Origin: Methanobacteriota archaeon
GTDB lineage: Archaea; Thermoplasmatota; Poseidoniia; Poseidoniales; Thalassarchaeaceae
NCBI GenBank assembly: GCA_018654845.1
Contig: JABIKU010000016.1
Span: 3,727-67,726, forward strand
Direction of reading: 5' to 3'
DNA length: 64,000 nt
Part shown: one piece after another, positions 40,521 through 50,747 of the stretch
Layout: every line of letters begins with the position of its first letter
Position numbering within the stretch: position 1 is the first letter of the stretch
Position numbers and translations under genes: made by a program
The notes under the pieces: generated by a model
What the model saw: the letters and a program-made list of their open reading frames with translations, nothing else
The model's database searches: none
Told to the model about the DNA's origin: nothing

Positions 40521-41600
40521 GTGCCTGCCTCTATGGAGTCGTTATTCACCGCAACTCTAATTCTTTTGTCTCCCTTATTTCTAGCGATTCCATTGTCGAT
40601 TGCATGGCGATGGTGGTCAGGAATTGAACCCGAACATGAGCATTATCGAGAGAAGGTAAGACGTGTACTTGATTCCGGCATCCCATTAAGACGATACCGT
40701 TCTGAATTAGATGCAGAAGCGAGACGTGTTTATCTTGACCCAGAAAGACAAGCTCGCATCGAGTCGGATTTACTCCATCCACTGAAATTACAACATTTTT
40801 TATTATTACCTGGTTTAATTGCCTGGCCCCTCCTTGGATTATTCGCAGCAATCATTGCAATCCCTCTTATGCCAATGATGAGGGTTTTGGAATGGATATT
40901 AATTGACAAAAGAAATTTAGCTCGAATTGCTCACATTATTCAAAAAGCAACTAGGTGGGAAGTCATCGGGATCCCCCGATTAGATGATGGGGCAAAAAAC
41001 CCTGATTATGTCCTCAATTCTATTCATAGAATGCCAATTACTGTATTTTTAGGTTTATTCGCCTATTTGATAGTATCATACTTGCCTTTATCGCCCAGAG
41101 ATATCATACTTCTTACAGCCTTTTGTTACATTATATTGGTAGCTTTTATTTCAATTATTAGAGCTGCTATTGCCAACTCTCTTGTATTTGCTGATCCAAC
41201 AAAACGTCGATTAATTCCAATGGAAAATTTTGTTGAAGATTTATTGGGGCCTTGGGTGGGTGTAGGATTAGTGTTTTTGTTATCACGACAATTATTCTAT
41301 GGTAGCCAACTTCGCACAGATGGAATATTTTCTGATCCAATAATTTTTGCATTAAGTGTGTTATTGGTATTGTACACAGCGACAATCATTGGTGTTGCAA
41401 TAGAGTTGAGTTTCTTTCGTTCTCGTGGGGACAATGTCAAATTCACTTTTCAAAAACAAATGATTGAAGATTTTTCCCCTACTTTATATTTGTTTACAAG
41501 ACATTTAGGTTCCTTACGAATTTCTCCTTTAATGAGCCTCGAAGAATGGATAGATAGGGATGAATCATTCGACTATGACGAAATAATTGATTCAAAATGA
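40521..41600 (+). CDS. Hypothetical polytopic membrane protein
   Basis: 359 aa with multiple TM helices. No recognised motif. Confidence 0.35.
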   Translation: MPASMESLFTATLILLSPLFLAIPLSIAWRWWSGIEPEHEHYREKVRRVLDSGIPLRRYRSELDAEARRVYLDPERQARIESDLLHPLKLQHFLLLPGLIAWPLLGLFAAIIAIPLMPMMRVLEWILIDKRNLARIAHIIQKATRWEVIGIPRLDDGAKNPDYVLNSIHRMPITVFLGLFAYLIVSYLPLSPRDIILLTAFCYIILVAFISIIRAAIANSLVFADPTKRRLIPMENFVEDLLGPWVGVGLVFLLSRQLFYGSQLRTDGIFSDPIIFALSVLLVLYTATIIGVAIELSFFRSRGDNVKFTFQKQMIEDFSPTLYLFTRHLGSLRISPLMSLEEWIDRDESFDYDEIIDSK

Positions 41601-42506
41601 TTCGAGGTACAGTGTCGTAGGTTTCTTGTCAATAATTGAGATTTCATTGTTGTCTTGAAAATGGGTTGGTAGTATTGCGAATCCATATGATTTATCTCCA
41701 ATAATTGAAATAGTCGTAATCATAATTTTCTTTCCATCTTCAGATCGATATTTACCTGTGTGAAGATGACTGTTGGCGACAAATTTTGCAATAAATTTTG
41801 TGTGTTTTCCCCTGCTTTCAATTCTTGCATGAATTTCTTGTCCAGGATAACAACCTTTGTTTGAATCGATTAAGTGGCCTAAACCACATTCAAAAGGCAA
41901 TGGACTAGACATTAAATCATCACACTGTAGAATTGAATTGTCAATACAAAATTTATTCCATGTGTTTATAGAAGATTTTTTCAAAGCAGATTCAATTCCA
42001 GACTCTAAGAAAAAACTCAGAGAATCGGTTTGAATTATCAAGTCAATTGATGGTGGATTTGTATTGTTGTAACATATTAATTTCGATTCGCTTTCAATCC
42101 ACGCCTTTGATTCATCTAGACTCTTTTCTAAATTGAAGGAGTTAGCAATATCATTTACTTCTTCACCGAATATTGTCAAAAATGTTAGCGCTTCATCGCC
42201 ATCCATAATATTGATTTTTTCATTCCAATTTTTCCCTTGAACTAGTTTTTGTCGGTTATTATCCCCATTTGTGTTAATACCCATGACGATTAGTTTTCCA
42301 TCGGAAAAAATCACCTCTAAGAAATCTTCAATTCTTCCCGAAGCCCCACATAATAGAGTGAGATTCAAATTTCTGTCTGAATTATTCTGAATTGTATTGG
42401 TAATTATTCGATTTAAAAATCCTAAGGGGTTATTTCCTTGTAAAATTGTAAAATTATTTTCTCTAATATGGTAGTTAATTTCACTTAGATTTCCGTCCAC
42501 AATCAT
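41592..42506 (-). CDS. ygfZ: YgfZ/GcvT-like folate-binding protein (Fe-S cluster maintenance family)
   Basis: KGCYPGQE motif, characteristic of the YgfZ family, in the C-terminal half. Confidence 0.6.
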   Translation of the reverse strand: MIVDGNLSEINYHIRENNFTILQGNNPLGFLNRIITNTIQNNSDRNLNLTLLCGASGRIEDFLEVIFSDGKLIVMGINTNGDNNRQKLVQGKNWNEKINIMDGDEALTFLTIFGEEVNDIANSFNLEKSLDESKAWIESESKLICYNNTNPPSIDLIIQTDSLSFFLESGIESALKKSSINTWNKFCIDNSILQCDDLMSSPLPFECGLGHLIDSNKGCYPGQEIHARIESRGKHTKFIAKFVANSHLHTGKYRSEDGKKIMITTISIIGDKSYGFAILPTHFQDNNEISIIDKKPTTLYLESF

Positions 42507-42515
42507 ATTATGGCC

Positions 42516-42905
42516 TCATCCAAAGGATTGGCCGCAACCACATTCTCTAGATGCATTTGGATTAGCAATATTGAACCCTCCACCCATCAAACTATCTTTG
42601 TAATCAAGTTCAATACCGTTTAATAAGTAACTATCACTATTATGAATATATATTCTTATGTCGTCAAATAATAATATCTGAAATTCAATATTATCTTTGG
42701 GATTTTCATCAATCTTCATGTCGTAAACATATCCTGAGCACCCTCCTGATTGGGCACTGATAATCAAGCAATGTGTACTTTCTTCATTTTCAAGAGTTTT
42801 TTTCATCTGTGCAAGGGCAGAATCGGTAACTGTAATTGAGGCTGGAATAATGGGGTTGTTAGCAACTATTGGCAAAGAGAACCCGTCTCCCCCTAAAATT
42901 CCCAT
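42516..42905 (-). CDS. iscA: A-type Fe-S cluster carrier (IscA/SufA/HesB family)
   Basis: 129 aa with a cysteine-containing GGCSGYVY motif and C-terminal CGCGQSF. Confidence 0.8.
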   Translation of the reverse strand: MGILGGDGFSLPIVANNPIIPASITVTDSALAQMKKTLENEESTHCLIISAQSGGCSGYVYDMKIDENPKDNIEFQILLFDDIRIYIHNSDSYLLNGIELDYKDSLMGGGFNIANPNASRECGCGQSFG

Positions 42906-42991
42906 GTTTGTTCGATATCGTAATATTATTTTAACATTCTAAATGTCAATATACCATTCAACACATATCTAATGACCCCCGGCGGTGACAT

Positions 42992-43804
42992 ATGACTGGA
43001 GTTGAGAGGGTAAATGTCAAACAAGTCACAGATCTTTCAATTATGAATATGAATGACGATGTATGTATCGAATCACCCCTCTCAATATCTATTATCGATT
43101 CTCAAACCGAAGAACACTCACTTGGTATTACAATGAGAACTCCTGGTGATGATGAAAATCTAGCTTTAGGGCTCATATATTCTGAAGGAATAATTAACTC
43201 ATTTAATGATATCAAAAAAATCATTTCAAGTAATAATTCCATAAAAATAGTTTTGAAAGACAAAATTCCATGTGATTTAATGACCGAAAGAAAATTAAAT
43301 ATTTCAACATCTTCTTGCGGCATTTGTGGAAAAGAATCAATTTCAAACTTTTTACATTTGCATGGCCCCTTGATATCCGAATCCGATAATGTAAATTATA
43401 ATATTATTACACAATGTGTTTCAAAACTTCAGAGTGAACAATTATTATTTAACAAAACAGGAGGTTCTCATGCTACATGGCATTTTTCTAATGATGGCCA
43501 ATTAGAGTATTTTTCAGAGGATGTGGGGCGTCATAATGCATTTGATAAATTAATTGGAAAATTATTGAAACTTGACCGGATACCAATAACCAATCAAATA
43601 GTAGTGGTATCTGGTCGAATATCTTTTGAAATAATACACAAGGTAAGGAGAGCTGGATATGCAATAATTATTGGCCTTGGCGCTCCAACAGATCTATCTG
43701 TCGAAATAGCTATTGAACATGGGATATCACTTGTTGGATTTGCAAAAAATAATTCTTTTACAATTTATTCTCATCCGAAACGTATAATCGAATCCATTGA
43801 TTAA
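42992..43804 (+). CDS. fdhD: Formate dehydrogenase accessory sulfurtransferase FdhD
   Basis: SSCGICGKESI conserved cysteine motif and FdhD-like length (270 aa). Confidence 0.65.
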   Translation: MTGVERVNVKQVTDLSIMNMNDDVCIESPLSISIIDSQTEEHSLGITMRTPGDDENLALGLIYSEGIINSFNDIKKIISSNNSIKIVLKDKIPCDLMTERKLNISTSSCGICGKESISNFLHLHGPLISESDNVNYNIITQCVSKLQSEQLLFNKTGGSHATWHFSNDGQLEYFSEDVGRHNAFDKLIGKLLKLDRIPITNQIVVVSGRISFEIIHKVRRAGYAIIIGLGAPTDLSVEIAIEHGISLVGFAKNNSFTIYSHPKRIIESID

Positions 43805-45684
43805 TTATTATTAACTAAGTGCTTATCTTGTTCTTTTTTTAATAATTTACAACGATTATATTGAGTTTTGCAAAGCATTAGGTCTTCAGAATCCAAACCT
43901 CTAGATTTTGCTTGTTCAAAGCATTTCATAGCATCTTCATAATGTTCAATTGCAGCATAAGATGACCCCATGTTGTACAATGTTCTTCCATTCACATTCT
44001 CAGGATCCATGGATATTGCAGTATGGTATGCTTGAATGCTATCTGGGAACCGTTCAAGTTGATATAGAGCGTGACCTTTACCATTTTGTGAACGAATTCT
44101 TAATTCGATTTCTTCTCTTGGAGCGCTTTTTATTACCTTTTCGAAACAATTTAATGCCTGTACCGCGTTAAGTTCTGTTAACATCGTTAATCCTTTGTTA
44201 TACCATTCTATAGATTCATTGAGAGTTACTTTTTCTGAAACACTTGTTTTACTAACTTTTTGTTTCGCCTGTATAGCTGCTTGGACCAAATCTTCCTCAT
44301 TTGAATCTGTCGTAAACTGTTCAAGGGCTCCCGCCTTTTCAGATAATTCGGAAGCACGCGACAAACATTGTTCCGCCCGTTCTTTATGTCCTGCTGCAGA
44401 TAAAGCCGATGCTAAACCTTGCCAAATTAACGGGTCAGAGGAATCTTCTTGGAGCATTTCCTTCCATTCTTTGACCGAATCTGCATAATTTCCTTCGTTA
44501 TAATATGATTCAGCTCTATAAATTCGAGCGGATTTCAAATTTACAAATTCATCTTCTATCAAGTCCTGTTCAATAATTTCTTTATCCTTTGTAGATATTT
44601 TCTCACTTGGGAGTACTATTTTTTTATCTTCATCTTCTTCAATTTCCGGAAGCAACTCTTGATTTTTTGCAATAATATTCTCCTCATCTATGGTTTCCGA
44701 GTTTTTCTGAAGGATATTTTCTTCTTCAAAAATAATTTCTTTAATTTGATTTATAGAATCTAAAGCAGCATCATTTTTGTTCATTTCATATGTTTTTTCA
44801 AAATATGATAGAGCATTTTCAAAATCTTCTTCTTCAAAAAATATGTCACCCAACCTTGAATTCGCATATAGGTCGTCTCCATAATCTAAAACACTGAGGA
44901 GATATTTTTTTTCTTCAATAATATTTCCAATTTCCCTATAGTATTCTGCAATTAAACTATTAGATTTTTTCGATTTTTCTCCTAAAGCCAAGGAAAATTC
45001 CAGAGAATTCTTCGCCTCCTCCTTCATTTCTAATTCCCATAATGCGACACCACAATAGCGCCACAAGGTCGAATTTTCAGATGCATCAGTCTCTAATCTA
45101 TTTTTCAATAATTCCAGTAGTTCTTGGTGTAAATTTGAGTCTAAATATTCTCTAGATTTTTCAATTAAATCCTCAATGGAATATTTTTTTTTCATTTCGA
45201 CAGTATTGTTAATTATTACTGGTTTGGCTATTAAGTCAGGAAGTTCTGCTTCGGTTTGTATAGCTTGAGATTGATGTTCTGAATTAATATTTGTATACAC
45301 ATGTGAAGCTTCGATTAATGGCAAAGGTTCTACTGGATGAAGATTAGATAAACGAATAAGTTCACTGTTTTCCCCCATATATTTGATACCAATTCTTGCC
45401 AAGTTAGCTGATCTTTTTGAATCAATTTTTTCAATAAGTACTGCTAAATTAGCAGCACTTGGCCCATGTTTCGAATTCAATTCAAAAGCATTTTCAAAAG
45501 CCTGGACTGCTTTTTCTCTTTCCCCAATTTTAGCTTGTATTACTCCGAATCCATACCAAGCTGAAGCGTTTTTCGGATCTAGAGTTGTAACTCGTTTGTA
45601 TAATTCACTTGAACTATGTAGATCATTTGCATTAGCTTTTTCTTCAGCTTGAAGTAATAACTTGATGAGATCCCCATCGTTCAT
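43801..45684 (-). CDS. TPR repeat protein
   Basis: 627 aa of tandem TPR-like W/Y-G-A-Y-A-P helical repeats with an acidic central linker. Confidence 0.6.
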   Translation of the reverse strand: MNDGDLIKLLLQAEEKANANDLHSSSELYKRVTTLDPKNASAWYGFGVIQAKIGEREKAVQAFENAFELNSKHGPSAANLAVLIEKIDSKRSANLARIGIKYMGENSELIRLSNLHPVEPLPLIEASHVYTNINSEHQSQAIQTEAELPDLIAKPVIINNTVEMKKKYSIEDLIEKSREYLDSNLHQELLELLKNRLETDASENSTLWRYCGVALWELEMKEEAKNSLEFSLALGEKSKKSNSLIAEYYREIGNIIEEKKYLLSVLDYGDDLYANSRLGDIFFEEEDFENALSYFEKTYEMNKNDAALDSINQIKEIIFEEENILQKNSETIDEENIIAKNQELLPEIEEDEDKKIVLPSEKISTKDKEIIEQDLIEDEFVNLKSARIYRAESYYNEGNYADSVKEWKEMLQEDSSDPLIWQGLASALSAAGHKERAEQCLSRASELSEKAGALEQFTTDSNEEDLVQAAIQAKQKVSKTSVSEKVTLNESIEWYNKGLTMLTELNAVQALNCFEKVIKSAPREEIELRIRSQNGKGHALYQLERFPDSIQAYHTAISMDPENVNGRTLYNMGSSYAAIEHYEDAMKCFEQAKSRGLDSEDLMLCKTQYNRCKLLKKEQDKHLVNNN

Positions 45685-45750
45685 AAATTTCCGATATACT
45701 CATTTCAGTTAAGTATTATCTATTATTGAGTAATTTCAAAAGAAATACAT

Positions 45751-46212
45751 TTGGAACTAATTATAATCGAACAACTCCTAGGGATTAATATTGGCTATTG
45801 TGTTATTATGAATCCATCAGACAGTTATCCAACAAGGGCACCAGTTGAATGGCATACAATAGGTGAGATTGGCCCCCATCCACAAATTGAAGGAATTACT
45901 GGCAAACAGGTAATTATTATGATAGAAAAACAAACGAAAGGGTTTGAAGGGATGGTTTCCAAATTATTTAATGCTCCTAGAAAATTAAAAAGACCATTAG
46001 ACGATTTGAATTCATTGTTCTGGGAACTAATGGACGGTTCAAGAGATTTGAAAACAATAGTACAAATTATGGATTCGACTTTCCATGAAAGGATCGCTCC
46101 TGTTTCCGATCGACTTTCAGCTTCATTAGTTAATTTTCTCAAACTCAATTTAATTGTTCTTCTCGAATCTGAATTTGATAACAGTTGGGATGTCGATTCA
46201 GTTGATGACTAA
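45751..46212 (+). CDS. Hypothetical protein with PqqD-like (RRE-type) C-terminal segment
   Basis: LNSLFWELMDGSRDLKTIVQIMDSTFHERIAPVSDRLSASLVNFLKLNLIV resembles a PqqD-family fold. Weak. Confidence 0.3.
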   Translation: MELIIIEQLLGINIGYCVIMNPSDSYPTRAPVEWHTIGEIGPHPQIEGITGKQVIIMIEKQTKGFEGMVSKLFNAPRKLKRPLDDLNSLFWELMDGSRDLKTIVQIMDSTFHERIAPVSDRLSASLVNFLKLNLIVLLESEFDNSWDVDSVDD

Positions 46213-46214
46213 AA

Positions 46215-47021
46215 TCATTCAGAGATTTCGGGCGTGATTAACCTTATTTTTTCATCTTTTTTTTCTTTGTATGATGCTGCAAAATATGCTATTAGAGGCA
46301 ATATTATTAATAATGCAAAACAACCAATTAATGTTGCCAAACTATAGATGGATTCTTGAATTGGGTCCAAAACAAACTTTTCTACTGATATAATCTCATG
46401 TTGGGTATAACTAACATGAGTAGAAAAGTCATGGTTTTCCAATACACTTCCACTTTCATCTTGTAATTGAATTTTCCATGTGATTAATTGTTTATTTTCT
46501 GAAATTAAATTTTCTGATTCTTCCTCGGCGTGAACATTGCTTTCTGCTTGTAAATATCCGAGACCCCCTAGAGGCAATTCTAATGAGACTATACCAATTA
46601 ATGTGTTAGAATCAGATGTTGAAATTTGATGAAAATTGGACGAAACACAGGTTTCAATAATGTCTGAATAATCTTTTGTATTTTCCTTACAACTATAATC
46701 TCCCTCATCCAATCCCAATGAAGGTGTGTGAAACCATTCCGTTCCAATAGCTTCGACAAAAATTATTGAATCTTCAGGCGCGCCTTCAATAGTAGTATTT
46801 ATCCACGTAATCGCACTATTTGTAGTGAAATACCAATCTGCGCTAATATTATTTTCTTGAATAAGAGTTGCAGACACTTCCTCATTCGATGTGGAATAAC
46901 CATAATATTCAGAATTTACTGTATTGGAGTGAACAGCGTATCCCAAGGTAAATATTAGCATTAACCCAATACCTATCATTGTCCTCATCAGGTTTGGGTT
47001 CCTAGACATGGACTTCTTCAT
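46215..47021 (-). CDS. Hypothetical secreted protein with C-terminal TM anchor
   Basis: 268 aa. Signal peptide, S/T/N-rich ectodomain, and a C-terminal hydrophobic segment plus basic tail. Confidence 0.4.
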   Translation of the reverse strand: MKKSMSRNPNLMRTMIGIGLMLIFTLGYAVHSNTVNSEYYGYSTSNEEVSATLIQENNISADWYFTTNSAITWINTTIEGAPEDSIIFVEAIGTEWFHTPSLGLDEGDYSCKENTKDYSDIIETCVSSNFHQISTSDSNTLIGIVSLELPLGGLGYLQAESNVHAEEESENLISENKQLITWKIQLQDESGSVLENHDFSTHVSYTQHEIISVEKFVLDPIQESIYSLATLIGCFALLIILPLIAYFAASYKEKKDEKIRLITPEISE

Positions 47022-47160
47022 ATAACTCGGGCAGAACTCGATGTTTTGAAACCTTGTTGCCGCCCCTTCATGATTCTAAAGTAGTGGAAGCTGAGCAGGG
47101 GCATTATCATCACGATTAAATATGGATTGCAGGACGGCGGGCACGCACGAGTGTGGTTAG

Positions 47161-47631
47161 ATGACGACGATCCATGATGTACCTGCTGATTTGTTGATTT
47201 CAGCACTATCTGCGAAGATGCAAGAATTCGATTCTATTTCACCCCCCGATTGGGCTGAATACGCTAAAACAGGCACTCACAGAGAGCGCCCCCCTACGCA
47301 GGATGATTGGTGGTTCATTCGTTCTGCCGCTGTATTGAGGAAAGTTGGGATGAAAGGCCCCATAGGGACTAATCATATGGCACAATTATTCGGCGGCCCC
47401 AAAGATCGAGGTGTAAAACCAAACCGTGCTGCTTCAGGATCACGAAGTGTCGCCCGACTTATTCTCCAACAATTAGATTCAGCGGGATTAGTCAAGAGTC
47501 AATTGAACATCACAGGGACTGTAAACCACGGAAAAGTCCTCACACCTGTTGGCCAATCATTACTGGATGATTTTGCTCATTCTGTGCGTGGTGCAGCCGA
47601 GGAAAAATATCCAGGTCTTTCAAAATATTAA
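47161..47631 (+). CDS. rps19e: Ribosomal protein S19e
   Basis: [23 protein letters not shown]... matches the archaeal S19e N-terminus and length. Confidence 0.85.
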   Translation: MTTIHDVPADLLISALSAKMQEFDSISPPDWAEYAKTGTHRERPPTQDDWWFIRSAAVLRKVGMKGPIGTNHMAQLFGGPKDRGVKPNRAASGSRSVARLILQQLDSAGLVKSQLNITGTVNHGKVLTPVGQSLLDDFAHSVRGAAEEKYPGLSKY

Positions 47632-47642
47632 ACGGTGAGAAT

Positions 47643-47798
47643 ATGGCAAGAGTGAAACCATTGGCAAAAAAATTGAGACTTATGAAAGTCACAAAACAGA
47701 ACCGTCGTGTACCAGTTTGGGTGATGCTTCGTACCAATCGTAGTGTGACGACCCACCCTAAAAGGCACATGTGGCGCAGATCAAAATTACAGAGATGA
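47643..47798 (+). CDS. rpl39e: Ribosomal protein L39e
   Basis: Manually translated 51 aa [51 protein letters not shown]. Below the ORF-track size cutoff. Confidence 0.85.
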   Translation: MARVKPLAKKLRLMKVTKQNRRVPVWVMLRTNRSVTTHPKRHMWRRSKLQR

Positions 47799-47803
47799 TT
47801 TAG

Positions 47804-48067
47804 ATGGCAGAAGTTAGAGAAATGATCATCCCATTAAGGGCGGCTTGGGCTGTTCCTCGTAATGCACGTGCAAATAGGGCAATGGCGGAAATCCGCAAAC
47901 ATGTTGCACGGCACATGAAAAAGGGTGAAAATGAGGAAATCTGGATCGACGAAGCCGTGAACCATGCAATTTGGGCAAGAGGTATGCAGCACCCTCCTAG
48001 AAAAATAAAGATTATTTGTACTCGTGAAGAGGGTTTTCCTCTTGAAGTTAAATTATTTGAGGAATAA
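47804..48067 (+). CDS. rpl31e: Ribosomal protein L31e
   Basis: 87 aa [12 protein letters not shown]...NHAIWARG pattern typical of L31e. Confidence 0.85.
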   Translation: MAEVREMIIPLRAAWAVPRNARANRAMAEIRKHVARHMKKGENEEIWIDEAVNHAIWARGMQHPPRKIKIICTREEGFPLEVKLFEE

Positions 48068-48069
48068 AC

Positions 48070-48261
48070 ATGGGCAATATCAGACCTTCTTTTATCAAAA
48101 TCAGAGCCTTGCGACTTTTGGATTTATATCCTGATAAGTTTACTAACGATTTCGATGAAAACAAAACATTAGTTTCAGAATTTACCGATGTTGATAACAA
48201 GCGTATGAGAAATTGGATCGCTGGCTATATCACAAGATATAAGCAACGCCGAGTGGATTAG
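48070..48261 (+). CDS. rps17e: Ribosomal protein S17e
   Basis: [31 protein letters not shown] matches the S17e N-terminus. Confidence 0.8.
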   Translation: MGNIRPSFIKIRALRLLDLYPDKFTNDFDENKTLVSEFTDVDNKRMRNWIAGYITRYKQRRVD

Positions 48262-48290
48262 TTTTTCAATTAATTTCCAGTCGAATATTC

Positions 48291-49109
48291 ATGGGTAATC
48301 TTCAAAATATACCATATCCGGACTTTTCGGCTAAGATATCCATTATTTTAGTCGAACCTCAATTCGATGGAAATATAGGTGCTGTTGCACGAGCAATGCT
48401 AAATTTTGGTATCCAGGATTTACGAATTGTTGGTCATGATGGAAATTGGAGTACCGAAACCCGTAACCGTGCTAAAAATGCACAAACAGTTCTAGAAAGT
48501 TGTACAACATATAATTCCCTTGAGGAAGCAATTTCAGATTTGAGTATCGTTATTGGTACATCTGGTAAAAGAGAATTAGGATCCAAAACTTCTCTTAGAC
48601 ATTTTATTTCACCATCTGAATTTTCTCATAGATTAATTGGTATTGATGGGCAATTGGGAATAATTTTTGGCCCTGAAGGCATAGGACTTCTGAATGAACA
48701 ATTAACAAAATGTGATTTGTTAATGACCATTCCTAGTTGGGAAGGATACCCTATACTGAATTTGAGTCACGCTGTTTCGATTGTATGTTATAATTGGTAT
48801 ACTGCCAATTTATTAGCTTTGACCGATTTTGAAAAAGAAAAATTAATTATAAAAGATTCAGAACGATTACTCTCTCCAGAATTACGGCAGACATTAAAAG
48901 AATCAATTGCTAGATTATCGAAAAACATGCCTACTAAAGAACATCGTAGACAGGGTATTGAAGAAGTCATGACGCGCGTCATATTTCGTGGTCTACCATT
49001 GGATGATGAAATCCATCGCATTATTGGTGTTGTAAACGACTCTCAATTAGCATTGAAATATATGTATGAAAATCCCGAATTATGGGAAGAATATCGAAAT
49101 GAAAACTAA
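48291..49109 (+). CDS. SPOUT-family RNA 2'-O-methyltransferase (TrmH/TrmJ-like)
   Basis: ILVEPQFDGNIGAVARAM (SPOUT motif 1) and EGYPILNLSHAVSIVCY (motif 3). 272 aa with a C-terminal extension. Confidence 0.6.
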   Translation: MGNLQNIPYPDFSAKISIILVEPQFDGNIGAVARAMLNFGIQDLRIVGHDGNWSTETRNRAKNAQTVLESCTTYNSLEEAISDLSIVIGTSGKRELGSKTSLRHFISPSEFSHRLIGIDGQLGIIFGPEGIGLLNEQLTKCDLLMTIPSWEGYPILNLSHAVSIVCYNWYTANLLALTDFEKEKLIIKDSERLLSPELRQTLKESIARLSKNMPTKEHRRQGIEEVMTRVIFRGLPLDDEIHRIIGVVNDSQLALKYMYENPELWEEYRNEN

Positions 49110-49558
49110 TTCTTTGTCCAAGTTGCCCATGATTTAGGCGTTTCTCTGACATGAAATGCACGTAGTTTCAATTCATTATCAAATGCTGATTTTATATGTG
49201 GCTCAACTTGTTCAAAAGCCCATTTCGCCAAATTTTCTGCTGTAGGGATAAATGGCATAATCACAGTCCTATGTTCATCTCCAATCTGAGATAGGGCTTG
49301 TATAGCAATACTATCATTTTCATAGACCAAAAAGGCGTGATCAACAATATCGTGTATATGTTCTGTGAGAATTTTAGAGATATCTGAGAAATCCATCAAC
49401 ATTCCTTCTTCTGAGGTGCCAGTTTCAGACACTACATCTCCTTCGATCTCTGCTTCCCAACGATACCGATGGCCATGAAAGTGTTTACACTTACTTTTGT
49501 GATTGGGTACACGATGCCCAGTATCTGTCTCAACCCATCTTCGTATTCTAGTAGTCAT
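49106..49558 (-). CDS. queD: 6-carboxy-5,6,7,8-tetrahydropterin synthase (QueD / PTPS family)
   Basis: CKHFHGHRY zinc and catalytic motif. 150 aa. Confidence 0.8.
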   Translation of the reverse strand: MTTRIRRWVETDTGHRVPNHKSKCKHFHGHRYRWEAEIEGDVVSETGTSEEGMLMDFSDISKILTEHIHDIVDHAFLVYENDSIAIQALSQIGDEHRTVIMPFIPTAENLAKWAFEQVEPHIKSAFDNELKLRAFHVRETPKSWATWTKN

Positions 49559-49959
49559 TACACATCACACCTAAATTGCATACTTGCAGAATTAATGCAG
49601 TATCTCTCACCACCCTCATCTTGTGGCCCATCTTCAAACACATGGCCTAAATGAGCATCACAGGAGCCGCATCTAACCTCTACCCTTACTATGCCCCCAC
49701 TGAGGTCCGGTAACCGTTTGATACCGGCATCGGGGTCTTCGTGGTGGAAGGACGGCCATCCACATCCTGAATCATATTTCATCTTCGAAGTAAACAATAG
49801 GTTGCCGCAACATATACAGAAATAATCCCCCCCTCTATTTTCATCCCAGTAGATACCTGAAAAAGCAGGCTCAGTACCAGATTCTTGTGTGATTTGATAC
49901 TGAAGATCAGTCAATCTTGATTTCAGCTCAATAATATTGATATTATTTGTTTCGTTCAT
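49558..49959 (-). CDS. msrB: Peptide methionine sulfoxide reductase MsrB
   Basis: CICCG...CGWPSF and RCGSCDAHLGHVFEDGP motifs. Confidence 0.9.
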   Translation of the reverse strand: MNETNNINIIELKSRLTDLQYQITQESGTEPAFSGIYWDENRGGDYFCICCGNLLFTSKMKYDSGCGWPSFHHEDPDAGIKRLPDLSGGIVRVEVRCGSCDAHLGHVFEDGPQDEGGERYCINSASMQFRCDV

Positions 49960-50747
49960 GTGTTTGCCTCCTTGAATTCTCGGTCAGTTTTCAGGGCATT
50001 GTAAAGGACATCATCCCAGGGTTTGACATATTGAATAGGGTCATTTCTGCCTATTGCATGAAAAGCCAGTATTCGCTCTACATCCGAACCTGATGTACCA
50101 GATGATCGCCCATGGTTATCGGGGTTGTATGATGTAATCGTATTAGAAAATATAATGTCAAAATCAAGTCCGAGTTTTGAAATAGATAATTCAGCATCTC
50201 TTAGAATGGTTTCTTTATTACCATCAATATATGGCAATTTGAAAGTAATATTTTCCGATTCCCAATTTCCAATTTCAAAAGCATGTTGAAGAGCGTTGTA
50301 GAATTCTGGCCGGCAATCTGGATAAATTGCATGGTCTCCTGAATGTACACCTAATGCTACCTCAACCTTATTGGAATCTTTTATGGCTATAGACAAAGCA
50401 TGTCCATACAATATTGAAGCAAAAATTGCGTTCCGATTTGGGACGACTGTTTGTTTCATTTGTTGTTCTTCATAATGCCCCTCTGGTACTTCTATAGATT
50501 CATCAGTAAGTGCTGAATGAAAAGAAGACATCGCTGATGTCAAGTCAATAATTTGATGGTTTATATGATAGCCATTTTGTGAAAGATAACTAAGATTTGA
50601 TAGCGCTCTCTGAAGTTCTATCAAATGTTTCTGTCCATAATTATACGAAATTGCAAACACATCATATCCATCAGCAAGTAACCGCATCAATAGGGCAGTA
50701 GAATCCATCCCCCCACTAAATGCCATAACAGCAACCTTGCTTGTCAT
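49956..50747 (-). CDS. queC: 7-cyano-7-deazaguanine synthase
   Basis: AVMAFSGGMDSTALL PP-loop and the C-terminal zinc-binding cysteine region of QueC. Confidence 0.85.
   Translation of the reverse strand: MTSKVAVMAFSGGMDSTALLMRLLADGYDVFAISYNYGQKHLIELQRALSNLSYLSQNGYHINHQIIDLTSAMSSFHSALTDESIEVPEGHYEEQQMKQTVVPNRNAIFASILYGHALSIAIKDSNKVEVALGVHSGDHAIYPDCRPEFYNALQHAFEIGNWESENITFKLPYIDGNKETILRDAELSISKLGLDFDIIFSNTITSYNPDNHGRSSGTSGSDVERILAFHAIGRNDPIQYVKPWDDVLYNALKTDREFKEANT

Noticed and set aside
47040-47160. GC-richer patch in the divergent promoter region upstream of rps19e as a possible small RNA
   Set aside because: No conserved box C/D or H/ACA arrangement could be assembled, and it lies where 5' leader or promoter sequence is expected.
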